DNA of 16,617 nucleotides. It comes from a bacterium. Its GTDB lineage: Bacteria > Desulfobacterota > DSWW01. The stretch lies in NCBI GenBank assembly GCA_040756235.1, contig JBFLZG010000096.1, forward strand, positions 1 through 16,617. Reading direction: 5' to 3'. Positions 15,495 through 16,617 of the stretch are shown here, piece after piece. The number at the start of each line of letters is the position of its first letter. Position 1 is the stretch's first letter. Under the pieces are notes generated by a model. The model was not told the DNA's origin. It ran no database searches and saw only the letters and a program-made list of their open reading frames with translations. Position numbers and translations under genes: made by a program.

Positions 15495-16259
15495 ATGGCA
15501 AAGCCTTCCCCCGGATCCGGAGCTTACGTCATGTTAGGTCTGACCGCCCTCCTGGGTGGAGGCGGGCTGGTGGCCTTCATGGCATTTCTGTTCGCAGGTT
15601 CCCCTGAGATCGTAAGCCTTGGCATGAATGGCAGGGAGGCTCTCTGGTGGGATGCCGCTCTCTGTGCGGCCTTTTTCATTCAGCACAGCGTCATGGTTCG
15701 GAGGCCGTTCAGGCGTGGGTTGGTACGCCTCGTGCCGGGTGAATACGCGTCCGCAGTCTACGCAATTTCCTCAGGCGTCGTCCTATTGGCAATGGCAGCC
15801 CTTTGGCAGAAATCGTCCGAGACGCTTGTACTACTTCCGGAACCGTTTCGTTGGTTGTTACACGTGACCTTTCTTCTCTCACTGGCGGGGTTCTTCTGGG
15901 GTACTAGGGCCTTGGGAGTTTTCGACCCGTTCGGCATCCGGCCGATTCTGGGTCGGCTACGGGGGGTGAGCCCGAAAGGGGTGCCGTTCACCGTGAAGGG
16001 CCCATACCGCATCGTGCGCCACCCGCTCTATCTCTGTATGATCCTGATGATCTGGTCCTGTCCTGATCTGACATGGGACAGGGTGCTGTTCAATGCCCTC
16101 TGGACGGGCTGGATCGTTATCGCTTCCATGCTCGAGGAACGGGATCTCGTGGCTGAGTTCGGGGGTGCATATCTTGAATACCAGGCCAAGGTACCCATGC
16201 TCATCCCTCGCCGCCCTCGTCCCAGCGCTTCTTCTTTGCCGACGACTCGATTCCTCTGA
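15495..16259 (+). CDS. ICMT-fold membrane methyltransferase, MddA/nurim-like
   Basis: FFIQHSVMVR, DPFG, GPYRIVRHPLY, IWSCPDLTWDRVLFN, LEERDLVAEFGGAYLEYQAKVPMLIP; RBS GGAGG. Confidence 0.85.
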   Translation: MAKPSPGSGAYVMLGLTALLGGGGLVAFMAFLFAGSPEIVSLGMNGREALWWDAALCAAFFIQHSVMVRRPFRRGLVRLVPGEYASAVYAISSGVVLLAMAALWQKSSETLVLLPEPFRWLLHVTFLLSLAGFFWGTRALGVFDPFGIRPILGRLRGVSPKGVPFTVKGPYRIVRHPLYLCMILMIWSCPDLTWDRVLFNALWTGWIVIASMLEERDLVAEFGGAYLEYQAKVPMLIPRRPRPSASSLPTTRFL

Positions 16260-16520
16260 AGATCCTCGGAAGCGCCGGTTGTGTTCAGCCCTGCGATCCC
16301 ATCGGCCGCAGCGGCTACGACGCCCGCTTCCTCTCCTGCGCGAACAAGGGGGCCGCCCGGGAGGCCGGCGAGCCCAGCTGGACCAACGCCACGCTTCTGG
16401 TCGCCCTCCGGGACGGAACCCCGGGCCCCGGCATCAGGATGATCGATCTGGACGAAGACCCGCAAGCGACAACGCTCAATAGAATTTCTCTAGGAGCCTG
16501 TCCAAGAATTCGGCTCCTGG

Positions 16521-16617
16521 AGGCTGTTCAGAAATGTCCAGATGCAAGGCGCACGACAATTCCGCAGGACAGCGGAATTGGACGCATCATCCGTCAGGAT
16601 GATGCGCCCGGAGGGCG
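16521..16617. repeat. 5' part of a palindromic MITE-like repeat (truncated by window end)
   Basis: AGGCTGTTCAGAAATGTCCAGATGCAAGGCG start; hairpins CAATTCCGC-aggaca-GCGGAATTG and GCATCATCC-gtca-GGATGATGC. Confidence 0.6.

Overview
GC-rich bacterial window, probably from an anaerobic Deltaproteobacteria-like organism (inferred from gene content and repeat types only). It holds (i) a 1172-aa GGDEF - P-loop/STAND-like ATPase - HEAT-repeat protein; (ii) a thiol-redox module with a SigZ-like ECF sigma factor fused in frame to a CxxC carboxymuconolactone-decarboxylase (CMD/AhpD)-like domain, a stand-alone CMD protein, a C-GCAxxG-C-C protein and a SHOCT membrane protein; (iii) a large minus-strand arsenic/organoarsenical island (arsR-thioredoxin-arsP-acr3-FeS protein-radical SAM remnant-arsF-arsG-fragments-arsR-fragments-arsR-arsM, no arsC) with several deletion scars; (iv) a divergent CMD - small Cys/Met protein - MddA/nurim-like methyltransferase cluster. 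The best signal is a GTAACG-N16-CGTC motif, present three times with identical spacing upstream of the sigma operon, the SHOCT gene and the distant CMD/methyltransferase cluster. It suggests an autoregulated ECF regulon flanking the ars island. Intergenic regions carry several palindromic repeat families, and both window ends fall inside a MITE-like repeat. All family assignments are by motif recognition; no searches were run.
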